Shown here piece after piece: positions 1-10,518 of a stretch of DNA of 64,000 nt (its first letter is position 1; each line of letters starts with the position of its first letter). Under the pieces are notes generated by a model. That model worked only from the letters and a program-made list of their open reading frames with translations. It was not told where the DNA came from and did no database searches. The DNA is taken from positions 156,550,001-156,614,000 of the forward strand of contig NC_073377.1 in NCBI RefSeq assembly GCF_028641065.1, in the 5' to 3' direction. Origin of the DNA: Leucoraja erinacea (taxonomy: Eukaryota). The position numbers and the translations under genes are program-made.

Positions 1-665
1 AGGCAGTGAAGAAAGCGAATGGTATGTTAGCTTTCATAGCAAAAGGATTTGAGTATAGGAGCAGGGAGGTTCTACTGCAGTTGTACAGGGTCTTGGTGAG
101 ACCACACCTGGAGTATTGCGTACAATTTTGGTCGCCAAATCTGAGGAAGGACATTATTGCCATAGAGGGAGTGCAGAGAAGGTTCACCAGACTGATTCCT
201 GGGATGTCAGGACTATCTTATGAAGAAAGACTGGATAGACTTGGTTTATACTCTCTAGAATTTAGGAGATTGAGAGGGGATCTTATAGAAACTTACAAAA
301 TTCTTAAGGGGTTGGACAGGCTAGATGCAGGAAGATTGCTCCCGATGTTGGGGAAGTCCAGGACAAGGGGTCACAGCTTAAGGATAAGGGGGAAATCCTT
401 TAAAACCGAGTTGAGAAGAACTTTTTTCATACAGATAGTGGTGAATCTCTGGAACTCTCTGCCACAGAGGGTAGTCCAGGCCAGTTCATTGGCTATATTT
501 AAGAGGGAGTTAGATGTGGCCCTTGTGGCTAAGGGGATCAGAGGGTATGGAGAGAAGGCAGGTACGGGATACTGAGTTGGATGATCAGCCATGATCATAT
601 TGAATGGTGGTGCAGGCTCGAAGGGCCAAATGGCCTACTCCTGCACCTAATTTCTATGTTTCTAT
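1..665 (+). mobile_element. CR1-clade LINE 3' fragment (HER1-like, C-terminal ORF2 plus 3' tail)
   Basis: ORF 6..575 has CR1 C-terminal motifs (LVRPHLEYCVQFWSP, LEFRRLRGDLIE, TRGH, VNLWNSLP); followed by GATCAGCCATGATCATATTGAATGG...GGCCTACTCCTGCACC and TTTCTATG repeats. Confidence 0.9.
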
Positions 666-669
666 TACA

Positions 670-927
670 AACACCTGTGAAGCCATGTGTCCCAAACATT
701 ATGATGCCCTGAAATGGGAGGGACTATGAATAAACACAGCTGTAACTTCTACATGGTGGAACCAAAATGTATAAAATGGCCTTTATTAAAATCTGACAAT
801 GTGCACTTTAATTGATTTTAATTGATTTTGAATTGTGATTTTTATCCATTACAAATCTCAAATTGTGGAGTAGAGGCAAATAAATAAATGATGGGTCTTT
901 GTCCCAAACATTATGGAAGGCACTGTA
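670..927. mobile_element. Tc1/mariner terminal fragment
   Basis: Ends ...GTCCCAAACATTATGGAAGGCACTG|TA (reverse complement TA|CAGTGCC..., a typical Tc1 terminus); GTCCCAAACATTATG is repeated near 689 and 901. Confidence 0.6.
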
Positions 928-1138
928 TGTATTTCAGGTTCCAGCATTCATCTTTTTTGATATATCTATGTTCTAATATTCTGGATATAGAAGACAAAAC
1001 TATAATTATCTTTTGACACATCATACAACTCATTGAGAATTAAACAGAGACCTAGATATTGCGGGATTTTGTTGTTGTTTGCTAATACTCTAGAATGTTG
1101 TACTATGACGTAATTACTTCTGAATTATGAAAGCTTAC

Positions 1139-1221
1139 CTCAGTCTTTAAAGAGAGCCCACTGTTGAAAAATATCGTTGAAACAGCAACATAAGTTATCG
1201 TGATTTCTGGTTTCAATGGTC
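1139..1221 (-). CDS. SLC10A7: SLC10A7 coding exon 2 (83 nt)
   Basis: Encodes (G)[27 protein letters not shown], matching vertebrate SLC10A7; acceptor ttttaacAG and donor GTAAG; phase fits exon 1 (100+83 nt = 61 codons). Confidence 0.95.
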
Positions 1222-2799
1222 CTGTTAAAAGTAAAATAGCAATTTTATAGCCTTTCCACATTTGTGGCATATGTAGATAAACATCAAGCCCAAACATATC
1301 TTTAAAATAAAACAAAAATCAGACCTCAAATGAAAAAGAGCTATTTATTGAAGCGTTACAATTTCCAGGAAAATTATATATATTTTGGTTTTAAATGTCA
1401 TTGTTTGCCTATCGATAACTTAAAAGGACGAGGTTTACAAGACAATCTTTTTTTAATATTGAAATACTATAAAACACAGAATATTTAAGCAAAATATTGA
1501 AATGAAACATTAGATATATTCAAAAGTAAAAATGCTTAATTTGGTTATTTTGTTTGGCTTTATTATTGTTATCTGTTGTTCAGTGTTCTTAGCTTAAATT
1601 AGGTAAATTTCAATCAATAATTGCAAAAGTTTGCAAAGTATTTAATAATAATTTGTTTATAATATATTATAGACATAATATTTATGCTTATAATACATAA
1701 ACATAAAAGTTTATAATTTATAATATAATATGTGTTCCTAATAATGTTGTTTGAAGAAGGCATTGGCCAAGATACTTTTATTTTACAATAGTGCTATGAA
1801 CATACAAACAAACAGGTGGTTAGGCCGCAGTTTAATGGTATCAAAGAGCTAGTGCGTTTTGACTTCATTTATAACGTAATAAATTATTCACTAGTTGTCA
1901 AGGTGTATACTCAAAATTCTGAAAGGCGCAAGTATAGAAATTGTAAAGGATTAAGAGTGATTAGAGCTGGTCGGTTTGTTGAGATATAATTCCAAAAGGC
2001 CAACATCTGATCAACACACCAGGAAGCCCATTGTTACATTATTCTGGCCAACATGTTTAAACAAGGAAAGGTACCCAAAGTAAAAATATATCAATCATGA
2101 TAATCAACAGCACATATTTCCCCAATAAGCTGGAAGAAGAACATTCTAACATTAATTATAAAATCAATACAAGTATATAGTCAAATAAAATCAACATCAA
2201 GACAATAACCCCATTAAAAAAAAAACAGGATGAACAGCATGTAATAAAAAAATGTTTTTTAAAGTTTCAGTCATTTTAAGCTCATTGGTTAGTCAGTTTC
2301 AGTCAGGTTTAAGCTAATTCAGGAGTCGTTCCTATTGGCATTCCTACTGGCATGAGCGACATTCTCCAAGTTGGATAGTTGCATATACAAATTACACTTC
2401 AGAGATTTGACACAAAATTTAAAAATTGTCATTCTAATATTACTGAGAGAGAACTGCCACTTAAACCAGACATTTAATCCATCAGTTATTTCAGACCTTT
2501 GCCACCACTTCAAAGGACGAGAAAAATAATTATCCCCAAACTAACACTTCTAAAAAATGGATATTGACATTGGGGAGAATTGGCTGACACGTCAACAGCA
2601 AGTACATTCCAACGCACATAAATTGGCATAACGTGGTTTGGGGTGTCCACAGAAAAGTACTATATAAATACAGTTCACGATTGTTGAGAATATTCAGATT
2701 ATATTTCAAGGTAAACTTCATTCCTTGTAAGAATAAAACATAGTATCAACGCCATGATGGATGGGCACACTGTGATTAGAGATCCTTTTAAGAATCATG

Positions 2800-3660
2800 T
2801 TTTAACGCGCCGTGTATTCCGCGTTTGCGCTCTGTGATGTGTACAATGCGCACACACAGAGTCAAATCAAGCAATCTGCCGGCTATTGAGAGCAGACCGG
2901 GCTTGTATGCGAGAGCAAGTCAGTCCCTGAATGATGTTCATACACAAGGAAGGGCCTGTGCCGGCCGGTTCACCTTCTCTGCCTTGGACAGCTCAGCAAC
3001 CAGCTGCCTGCCTCTACTCCCGCCTGACACAGCCCAGCCACCGAGACTCACTCACCTCCATGCATGCCTACTGATGGCTGCAGTTTGGCCCCGGTGATCA
3101 CCAGCACGATGCCTATCAGGAACCACTGCCTCCTCACAAGCTCCAACAGCCCCATCTCCGGGCGAGAGAGCGGTCGCCTCGACGTGTGCACGTTTCCCTG
3201 CGCCTCCACACCGCGATCCCGCGGCTTCACAGCCGGATGGGACCGACGGCGGCAGCGTCAGCAGGCGGGACCGGGGCGGAGCGACAGCGAAGGGGAGGGA
3301 GGAGATAAACATCGTTTAAAGGATGGCTGCTGCTTCCGTCTGCAGCAACAGTCTGGCGTAAAGATCCTATAGGGTCTTTGGTTTGGCGTTACATGCGAGG
3401 TAGGAGACGCGATGCGACGCTGGCCCTGGATCCCTTTTTGAACGAAGGATCCAACGGCCGCGACCCGCGGTTGGGCCCAGAACGCGCGAGAGCCGGGCCC
3501 AGGACTGTGTGCACCGAGAGACTGCAGGAAAACTATAATCACTTCACTACAAACTAATTAATGTTGCTTCTAAATGTGTTTGTTCATTTCTTTTTTTTAA
3601 ATCGAACCATGCAATCTAAACAGCCGCCGAGCGTGGGCGCAATGAATGCGTTGGAGTCCT
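2800..3660 (-). promoter_or_regulatory. CpG island / promoter and 5' UTR of SLC10A7
   Basis: Sharp rise in GC and CpG against an AT-rich background, spanning exon 1; GC-box-like GGGGCGGA near 3273; TSS cannot be placed from sequence. Confidence 0.75.
3056..3155 (-). CDS. SLC10A7: SLC10A7 coding exon 1 (100 coding nt)
   Basis: ATG at 3155; [33 protein letters not shown](G) resembles the SLC10A7 N-terminus; donor GTGAGT at 3055, phase 1. Confidence 0.95.
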
Positions 3661-3997
3661 ATTTTCAATGTAGACCCAAACAAGATATTTCTCCTGTTCT
3701 GCTTCAACGCATATTGTGTAGAATTATATTCGAGTTACTTATTGATAACATGTTTAAAATGGTTTTTAGTAGTGTATACTGTCACAAAATAGTTTTCGAA
3801 CTTAAAAAAACAGATAATATAAAGAGAGGAATTAATTAATATCGAGGTAGAGGCTGGTTAATTTCTCAACTAATGTGTCTTCCAGCCCGAACAAGTGAAT
3901 GGAAAGTCTCCTCCGTAATTGCAAACTATGTGTTTGAAATTATGCCTCTTGGACTAGTTAAGCCCCGTATCTCGAAATACCCAACAATCCATTTTGA

Positions 3998-4090
3998 AGT
4001 CTGAAGAAGGGTTTCGGCCCGAAACGTTGCCTATTTCCTTCGCTCTATAGATGCTGCTGCACCCGCTGAGTGTCTCCAGCATTTTTGTGT
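3998..4090 (+). mobile_element. Penelope-like element (PLE) 3' end with minimal hammerhead motif
   Basis: CTGAAGA-AGGGTTTCGGCCC-GAAACGTT; 14-bp direct repeat ACAATCCATTTTGA at 3984-3997 and 4091-4104; same tail follows the GIY-YIG ORF at 55887. Confidence 0.85.
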
Positions 4091-4336
4091 ACAATCCATT
4101 TTGACAGTCTCGCTAATATTGGATGAATGGTTTAGGAAATGCCACAGAAGAGAATAGGGAGGTTTCACGGCAGTCGGGTCACGACCCATGACCTGTACTG
4201 TTGCTACGCTGCTCCAAATGGATTACACGCGATGAACTGCAGGTAGGCACTTACCATTGTTTCCAACGTAGCGGGCCCGTTAAAACCCGCCGAAAATGTC
4301 AATTATTGCGCTGCAAATAATTATGGAAATCGGGAT

Positions 4337-4472
4337 CTTCTTCTTTCGTGTGGCGTGCACAGCCTAAAGTTGTTGGACAACTTGTTCTATTTGATCTTCC
4401 GTTTGTGCACGTCGAGTTGATTGCATTAGTCGAAACGGGGCGGACCACGTGAAGGTTGCAATCTTCCACCCC
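4337..4472 (-). mobile_element. Short retroposon headed by an HDV-like ribozyme, copy 1
   Basis: 11-bp TSD GA(A/T)ATCGGGAT at 4326-4336 and 4473-4483; 3' GAAAGAAGAAG tail; homologous to 10377-10518. Confidence 0.85.
4419..4472 (-). ncRNA. Minimal HDV/CPEB3-like self-cleaving ribozyme (predicted)
   Basis: GGGGUGG-AA-GAUUGCA-ACC-UUCACGU-GGU-CCGCCCC-GUUUCGA-CUAA-UGCAAUC parses as P1/J1-2/P2/P3/L3/P3'/P1'/mini-P4/J4-2 (catalytic C at 4429)/P2'. Confidence 0.85.
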
Positions 4473-4857
4473 GATATCGGGATAAGCGTGAGAGACATTT
4501 AGCCTACTTCAGAATTCCAAAAGTGAGGAGAAATGACGGTAGATAGAAGTGAGAGCTGAAGGGACAACAACAGATAGAGTGCTTGCCGAACATTGGCCGT
4601 TTGCTCACTGCATTTCATCAACTAAGGCATTATTTGTGTTTTTTCTTGAATTCTTTTGCATCTAAAAAGTTTCAGAAGTGATAAATCTGGCTGTAATTTT
4701 TTTTAATCGCCCATGGTTCTCAAGTGGGTTTTTACGTACAAAATGAAAACGCATCTGAAGAAAAATTTACAGCCAAATTTATCACCTGAGACTTTTTAGA
4801 TACCAAAGGAATCACGAAAAAACACAAATAATGCCTTAGTTGATGAAATGCAGTGAG

Positions 4858-5215
4858 TTCAGCACTTCAACTTCCCCCTCCCACTCCGAATCAGACCTCT
4901 CTGTCCTGGGTCTCCTCCATGGCCAGAGCGAGCAACACCGGAGATTGGAGGAACAGCACCTTATATTCCGCTTAGCCCTTGCTGTCTCCTCCCCTTCCTT
5001 AGCCCTCGGGCTGTCTTCCCCCCCCCCTCCCAGCCCTCGGGCTCCTCCTTCTCCCTTTTCCCTCCTTCTCCCCGCCACCCCCTATCAGTCTGAAGAAGGG
5101 TTTCGGCCCAAAACATTGCCTATTTCCTTCGCTCCATAGATGCTGCTGCACCCGCTGAGTTTCTCCAGCTTTTTTGTGTACCTTCGATTTTCCAGCATCT
5201 GCAGTTCCTTCTTGA
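4858..5215 (+). mobile_element. PLE 3' fragment (GIY-YIG C-terminus plus tail)
   Basis: Encodes ...SPSHSESDLSVLGLLHGQSEQHRRLEEQHLIFRL; hammerhead motif at 5090 with GAAA changed to AAAA. Confidence 0.85.
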
Positions 5216-6224
5216 ACAAATAATGCCTTACTGTGATGAAATGCAGTGAGCAAACGCGATAATTCCGATATTTTCAATTACGATATCTGCATGGCCAATG
5301 TTTACCAAGCACTTTAGCTGCTGTTGTCCCTTCAGCTCTCGCTTCTCTTTACCTTCATTTCGCTTCACGTTTGGAATTCTAAAGTTGGGTTCATGTCTCT
5401 CACACTTACCCCGACTTCCACAATTTTTTTCAGCGCAAAAATTCAACATTTTGGCATTTTTTAATGGGTAGGAAAGTACGCGTTTCTTGCATTTATAACA
5501 TATACCGGAAGTGACGGATGTCTTCCAGATGGATTGATCGGCTCCGTGCGTCAAGCCCTATGACCCAGTGACGTTATGTGCAACCCCCCTATATTTTTTT
5601 CTGAGACTTGGACTGAGGCACACAATGGAAGTAAAATTTGCATTTCAATGTGTAACGGTTTATTTGAAAATATCTGATGTCGACGCGAGGCTGCAATATT
5701 AACTCGCGTTTCTTATTGCCAATTCCATTCGGCTTCTCATTTTAAATTAAACCAAATAATATTGGGGGGGGGAGTATAAGGCTACATTATTCTGTGAATG
5801 CTTCAATAAAAATATTGCCAGTTCTCAATGCCGTAGGACCTTTTTATTTATTGAAAAAGAGTATTTGCCTCTATTGCATGAAGTAAGTTCAGCGTAAAAT
5901 CTCTTCACCAAAGGATTGATTAAAAATAGTGCAATTACTTTTATTGCTGGGAGAAATTTCAAGGGACACATGATTGGGTATTTAAAGTGAGAAATGCAAA
6001 CCGGGTATTTAAACTAAGGTTATGGAAATAACAATCTTAGGTAAACAATCAGGTCCATTCAAGAAAAGACATATTAAGAATTTCCCTTCGGATAAGGCAC
6101 ATATGGATCTCCCACAGTTAACGCTTGGTTGGTAAATGCTTAAAAAAAGTTTTTTATCAATATCCATTTAAAATTATGTTTGGAAAATTATAAGGATTTA
6201 GATAAGAGCTACATAGGGCTCTTA

Positions 6225-6358
6225 AAGATAGCGGAATCAGAGGATATTGCGAAAAGGCAGGAACGGGGTACTGATTGGGGACGATCAGCCATGATCACAT
6301 TGAATGGTGGTGATGGCTCGAAGGGCCGAATGGCCTACTCCTGCACCTATTGTCTATT
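6225..6358 (+). mobile_element. CR1/HER1-type 3' tail
   Basis: Same tail as 540-660 (GATCAGCCATGATCACATTGAATGG...CCTATTGTCTATT). Confidence 0.8.
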
Positions 6359-9300
6359 AGGCAAAATGAGCAAATGCTTATAAATATGGATTACAGCTTG
6401 ATGGGAGATTATGGAAATATATTTAAAAGTAGATCATTGCTTTTGATCAGTCAATATTCCAGAAAAAGCTATGTTTATTATCGGCATTGCTGTGAAAAAT
6501 TTGTGAGACTTAACATGTTGCTCAACTGTAAAACATGTGTTTTCGTAGAAGGTCAAAGCTCAAGTACAAATGCACTGAAGCCAGACCAGATCAAATTGTA
6601 TGTTTACATAAGCTGGGCCAGGAAACTACCGGATTGTCTGCAAAACAATGGGTTCATGGATGTTATTCAAAGCTAGAAATCTATCAATGTTACCTGGACT
6701 TCATGTAACTCCAACATGGTTAATTCTTAATTTTCCTCTAAAATAGCCCAGGAAGTCATTCAGTTGTATCAAATCACTACATTAAAGCAGAAAAAGGATA
6801 AAATGGAACGGGCTACCTACCATTGCCTGAAGAACCAAATACAGACACCAATAAGCCTGCAAAGCTCACCCCATGAACTGAGGTGCAAATGGGGTAAACT
6901 GTCTCACAAACTAATCAAGTCGTTACTCAAGATACTCAAACAACCACACCTTCCAGACAATGTGCGAGAGTCATTTGTGAAGTTTCCTGAGTACATCCTC
7001 TCCATAGTAGTACAAAGCACCAAATATGTAGGTTATATCTAGGAATAGCACTGGGAGCTCTCAGCATTGACTCCAAGGTCCATGAAGACTCAAGGCATAA
7101 GGTTAAACATGGACATTCTGATTACAACCTACCATTTTCCTGCAGCTGATGAAACATTGTTATTCATTACTGAATATAACAAATCACTGCAAGTGGCAGT
7201 ACTACAGAATGAACTTCATTTGCCATGACCAAGAAAAGAACACAACTGTCAAAGGCTGACTGCAGCAGGTGGTGAATGAACAAAGGCAAGGAGGAAAACT
7301 GATTTGACCTTGTCGATTACTATCCACCGTTTGCAGATTCATCAATCCATCAAAATGTCAAGAGGAACGAACATCACAGAGTTCTCATGGGGACAAATTT
7401 AATTTAACACAAAAGCTACCCTCTATAATTATCATCACACTAAATAGATTAGACTCAGAACATATCAAAGACTGCATAACATGGAGATATTGTGAGCCAT
7501 CAGAAACAAAGAAATGCATTCCAGCACAATCTGCCGCTCCATGGTCCAGCATATCTTCCATTCGACTCTGATAATCAATCCAGGAGGAGGTGGGTCTAAA
7601 TCCTTAAAATCAATATCTTCCACAGAAGGATTATAGCTGACCAAGAGGGCAAAACTCCAGCAGCAATAAATGTTGGTCTTGCCAGCAACACTCACATCCC
7701 AAAAATTGAATAATTTACGAAAGACTGTTAACAAAAGACTCAGTTAAATAAATATTTTGTTGTTAGATTTAACAGACTTGGAGGCATCCAAAGAGCATTG
7801 ACATTGGATTTTCTGTGTAACAGATATATTTTTCAGTCTGTTCTCACAGATTGTTAGTACTGCAGATGGCAAGTCAACGGTTAAAATCATTGTCTAATCT
7901 GTTTGCTCCTATCAAATTACTGGGCCAGTTAGATCTATCAGAATAATTTGTGCTAAATTGTGACAGTGGTTCAACAACTTTTTTTAAATAGTTGAGTATC
8001 CAAGATTGGGAGCTGACTTAAATAAGGTTTCTAAAAAAATGTTTTATGGGCTAGTAATGAAGAAACTCTTTCCTCTGTTTGATCAATCAAAAAGAATGGG
8101 GATTTAACTTTAAAATTAGAATTGAGGCATTCAGGAGTACATCGAGTACCCACTTTCTCACAAACCAAACAAAATAAATTTGAAATTCTCTTCTTCAAAA
8201 ACAGAATTTTAACTTTCAAAACTGAGGTAGATTGATTTTTGTTAATCAAAAAGTGTCGTTGAAATGCTGTACCATTCTATTTTCTCAGTGTCTTGTCTGG
8301 CAGAATTGTACAGGTAGCAGCTGCTGATGACAATTTAAAATTGTTATCACCAGCACTCTTCGAATGCTGCCTACAAAGGGATCTTTCCTTCAGTATTCCA
8401 GTGGTACATTCTATACTAACTCTGATGATGGTATGAGCCCCATTATATCCACCTTAGTCTAATATGAGGATATTTCTAAAAGGCACGATCATCCTAACCA
8501 AAATAATGTAACGGCTAGTTCTGTTCCATCCATCCATCCATTCAGTCAAATATCATATACTGAAGCTGAAGATTGAGCATGATAATTGCTCCCAGGATAA
8601 TGGCAATAATATGTGAGATCATCTATTTGTGGTTTAAAACCACCTACACAATCAACAGTATGCTTTTTTTTATATGTATCTTCATATTGATTGATGTGGA
8701 CTTCTAATAATCTTAAGTATAACATCTAAAAGTACTGAATTTTTAAAAAGACTGCTACGCAGCAATGGTTCTGTGTTTTTTCCTATTGGTTTTCTGCTAG
8801 AAATGTGATTAAAGAGGTAAACACATCTGGCAAACACTGTATCGGTCATTTGATTTATAGTGAAATGAACTGCAGATTGGCTTCACTGTCAGATGGAACC
8901 GGAGAATTGTCTAGGATCTTTTGCATAAAAGTTTAATGTCAGAATGGGTTTCTGATTCAGATCAGATTTAGAGCCACAGTAGGAGCAATGTAAATCCTTG
9001 GAGGTGTATAAATAAGCCTGCAGCAGGTTGTATAGCCCTGTCACCACTTCAGCAGTGAAGAAAGATCTCCTGTGACGTACCCAGGTAAGTGTGACATGGA
9101 ATTGAAACATCACTTTCGATATTGATCACAGCAAACGTGATCTCTCTTATCATTACATCAGTAACTGCTAAAACCCAAGCAAAAGGTCTCTCAATAAGCT
9201 GAATAGCTTTAGCAAAGATGCTTGATCCACATGGAGTGAAATACTGATATAAAAACTACTGAATTCAGCATTCAGTCAATATGAGGAACAATGCCTTAAT

Positions 9301-10376
9301 AGACACTGAAACAGACCATGGTCATTTTGCTAATGTACAACAATTGTATATGGGGGAATTGCATATGTGGGTGATTGTTGAAATATATCAGTATACATGG
9401 GAACAATACCTTTTATTCTAAAATTGATTTCTTGTTCTACAAACGCAACAATTCTGTATATTTTGCTAGAATTTGGGCAATTACTGCTGCAATAACTCTT
9501 AAGTTACAGACACAACAATGAATAAGTAAGGCCTATAGGGCCATTAAGGAATAGATAGGAAACCACCACAGGTAATTATAGGAAGGAGGAAGAAATATTA
9601 AATCATTCCATTTTACCATTTAACAAGGAATTAATTGACATTACTTTGGGTGATGATATGAGGAACAATGATGACGAGGAAGGTGAGATGATGAATGCAT
9701 TTAAAATTGAAGAAGGATATAGATTAAGTAGTTGATCAATATCAAAGGGAATAAAACTAATCCAATGGATTCCTTTGCACATTTTAAAATACTCTAGTGA
9801 AGAGATATCAGAGGCATTACTACACATACTTAATAATTCATTAAAAACCTGTAGTATCTATGGGCTGGCAGTTAGTTAACAAATTACCTATATTTAAAAA
9901 GGCAGTACAAGAAGTTCAGGGAATTATACCCTAGTCAGCTTAACATGGGTGCCAGGAACATAAAGGAAACCATATTAATGGAGACAATAAAGAATATTTA
10001 GAAATGAAAAGTAAATCGGGAAAGCCTGGATATCATAGTGGAAAGTACTGTTTGCCACTGTTATTGAGTTTTTTGAGTTGGAAGCAGAGAATATGGACAG
10101 CGATTACATGGTAGATGTAATTTATTTAGGTTTTCAAAAGGTCTTCTATAAGGTACCCCTTAAGGACAAGTGACTAAGGTCAGAAAAAGCAGAGTCAGGA
10201 GAATAGATTTATAGCTGACCAGAATACAGAACATTAGTGAAACATGTCTATTCACAGTTGAAGAAAGTGGGTTGTGATCTGATTTAGGCACTGGAATCAA
10301 AAACTAAATCTAAATTTACATATAAAGCCAAATTTCAAGGGATGGTCAAATATGATGATTCCAACAACTCACAGCA

Positions 10377-10428
10377 GGTGGGGGATTGCAACCTTCACGT
10401 GGTCTGCCCTGTTTCGACAAATGCAATC
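10377..10428 (+). ncRNA. Minimal HDV/CPEB3-like ribozyme, 5' end clipped by about 2 nt (predicted)
   Basis: GGUGG-GG-GAUUGCA-ACC-UUCACGU-GGU-CUGCCCU-GUUUCGA-CAAA-UGCAAUC; catalytic C at 10418. Confidence 0.8.
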
Positions 10429-10518
10429 AACCTGGTGTGCACAATCAAATAAGATCAAATAGAACAAGTTGTCCTACAACTTTAGGCTGTGCACGCCATA
10501 TGCAAGAAGAAGAAGAAG
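10377..10518 (+). mobile_element. Short retroposon headed by an HDV-like ribozyme, copy 2
   Basis: 8-bp TSD ACAGCAGG at 10371-10378 and 10519-10526 (GG shared with the element start); (AAG)5 tail; homologous to the reverse complement of 4337-4472. Confidence 0.85.

Larger units (their letters stand above)
4156..5590. mobile_element. Non-autonomous palindromic DNA transposon, AT-flanked (possibly ISL2EU-like), hosting two younger insertions
   Basis: Termini AT|AGGGAGGTTTCAC ... GTGCAACCCCCCT|AT; long internal inverted homology (4490-4700 vs 4760-4857 and 5216-5420). Confidence 0.65.

Noticed and set aside
1103-1315. 70-aa ORF as a standalone gene
   Set aside because: Only 1139-1221 is exon; the rest is intronic read-through
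6700-7720. Possible ancient LINE remnant
   Set aside because: Too decayed to assign a family or boundaries by eye
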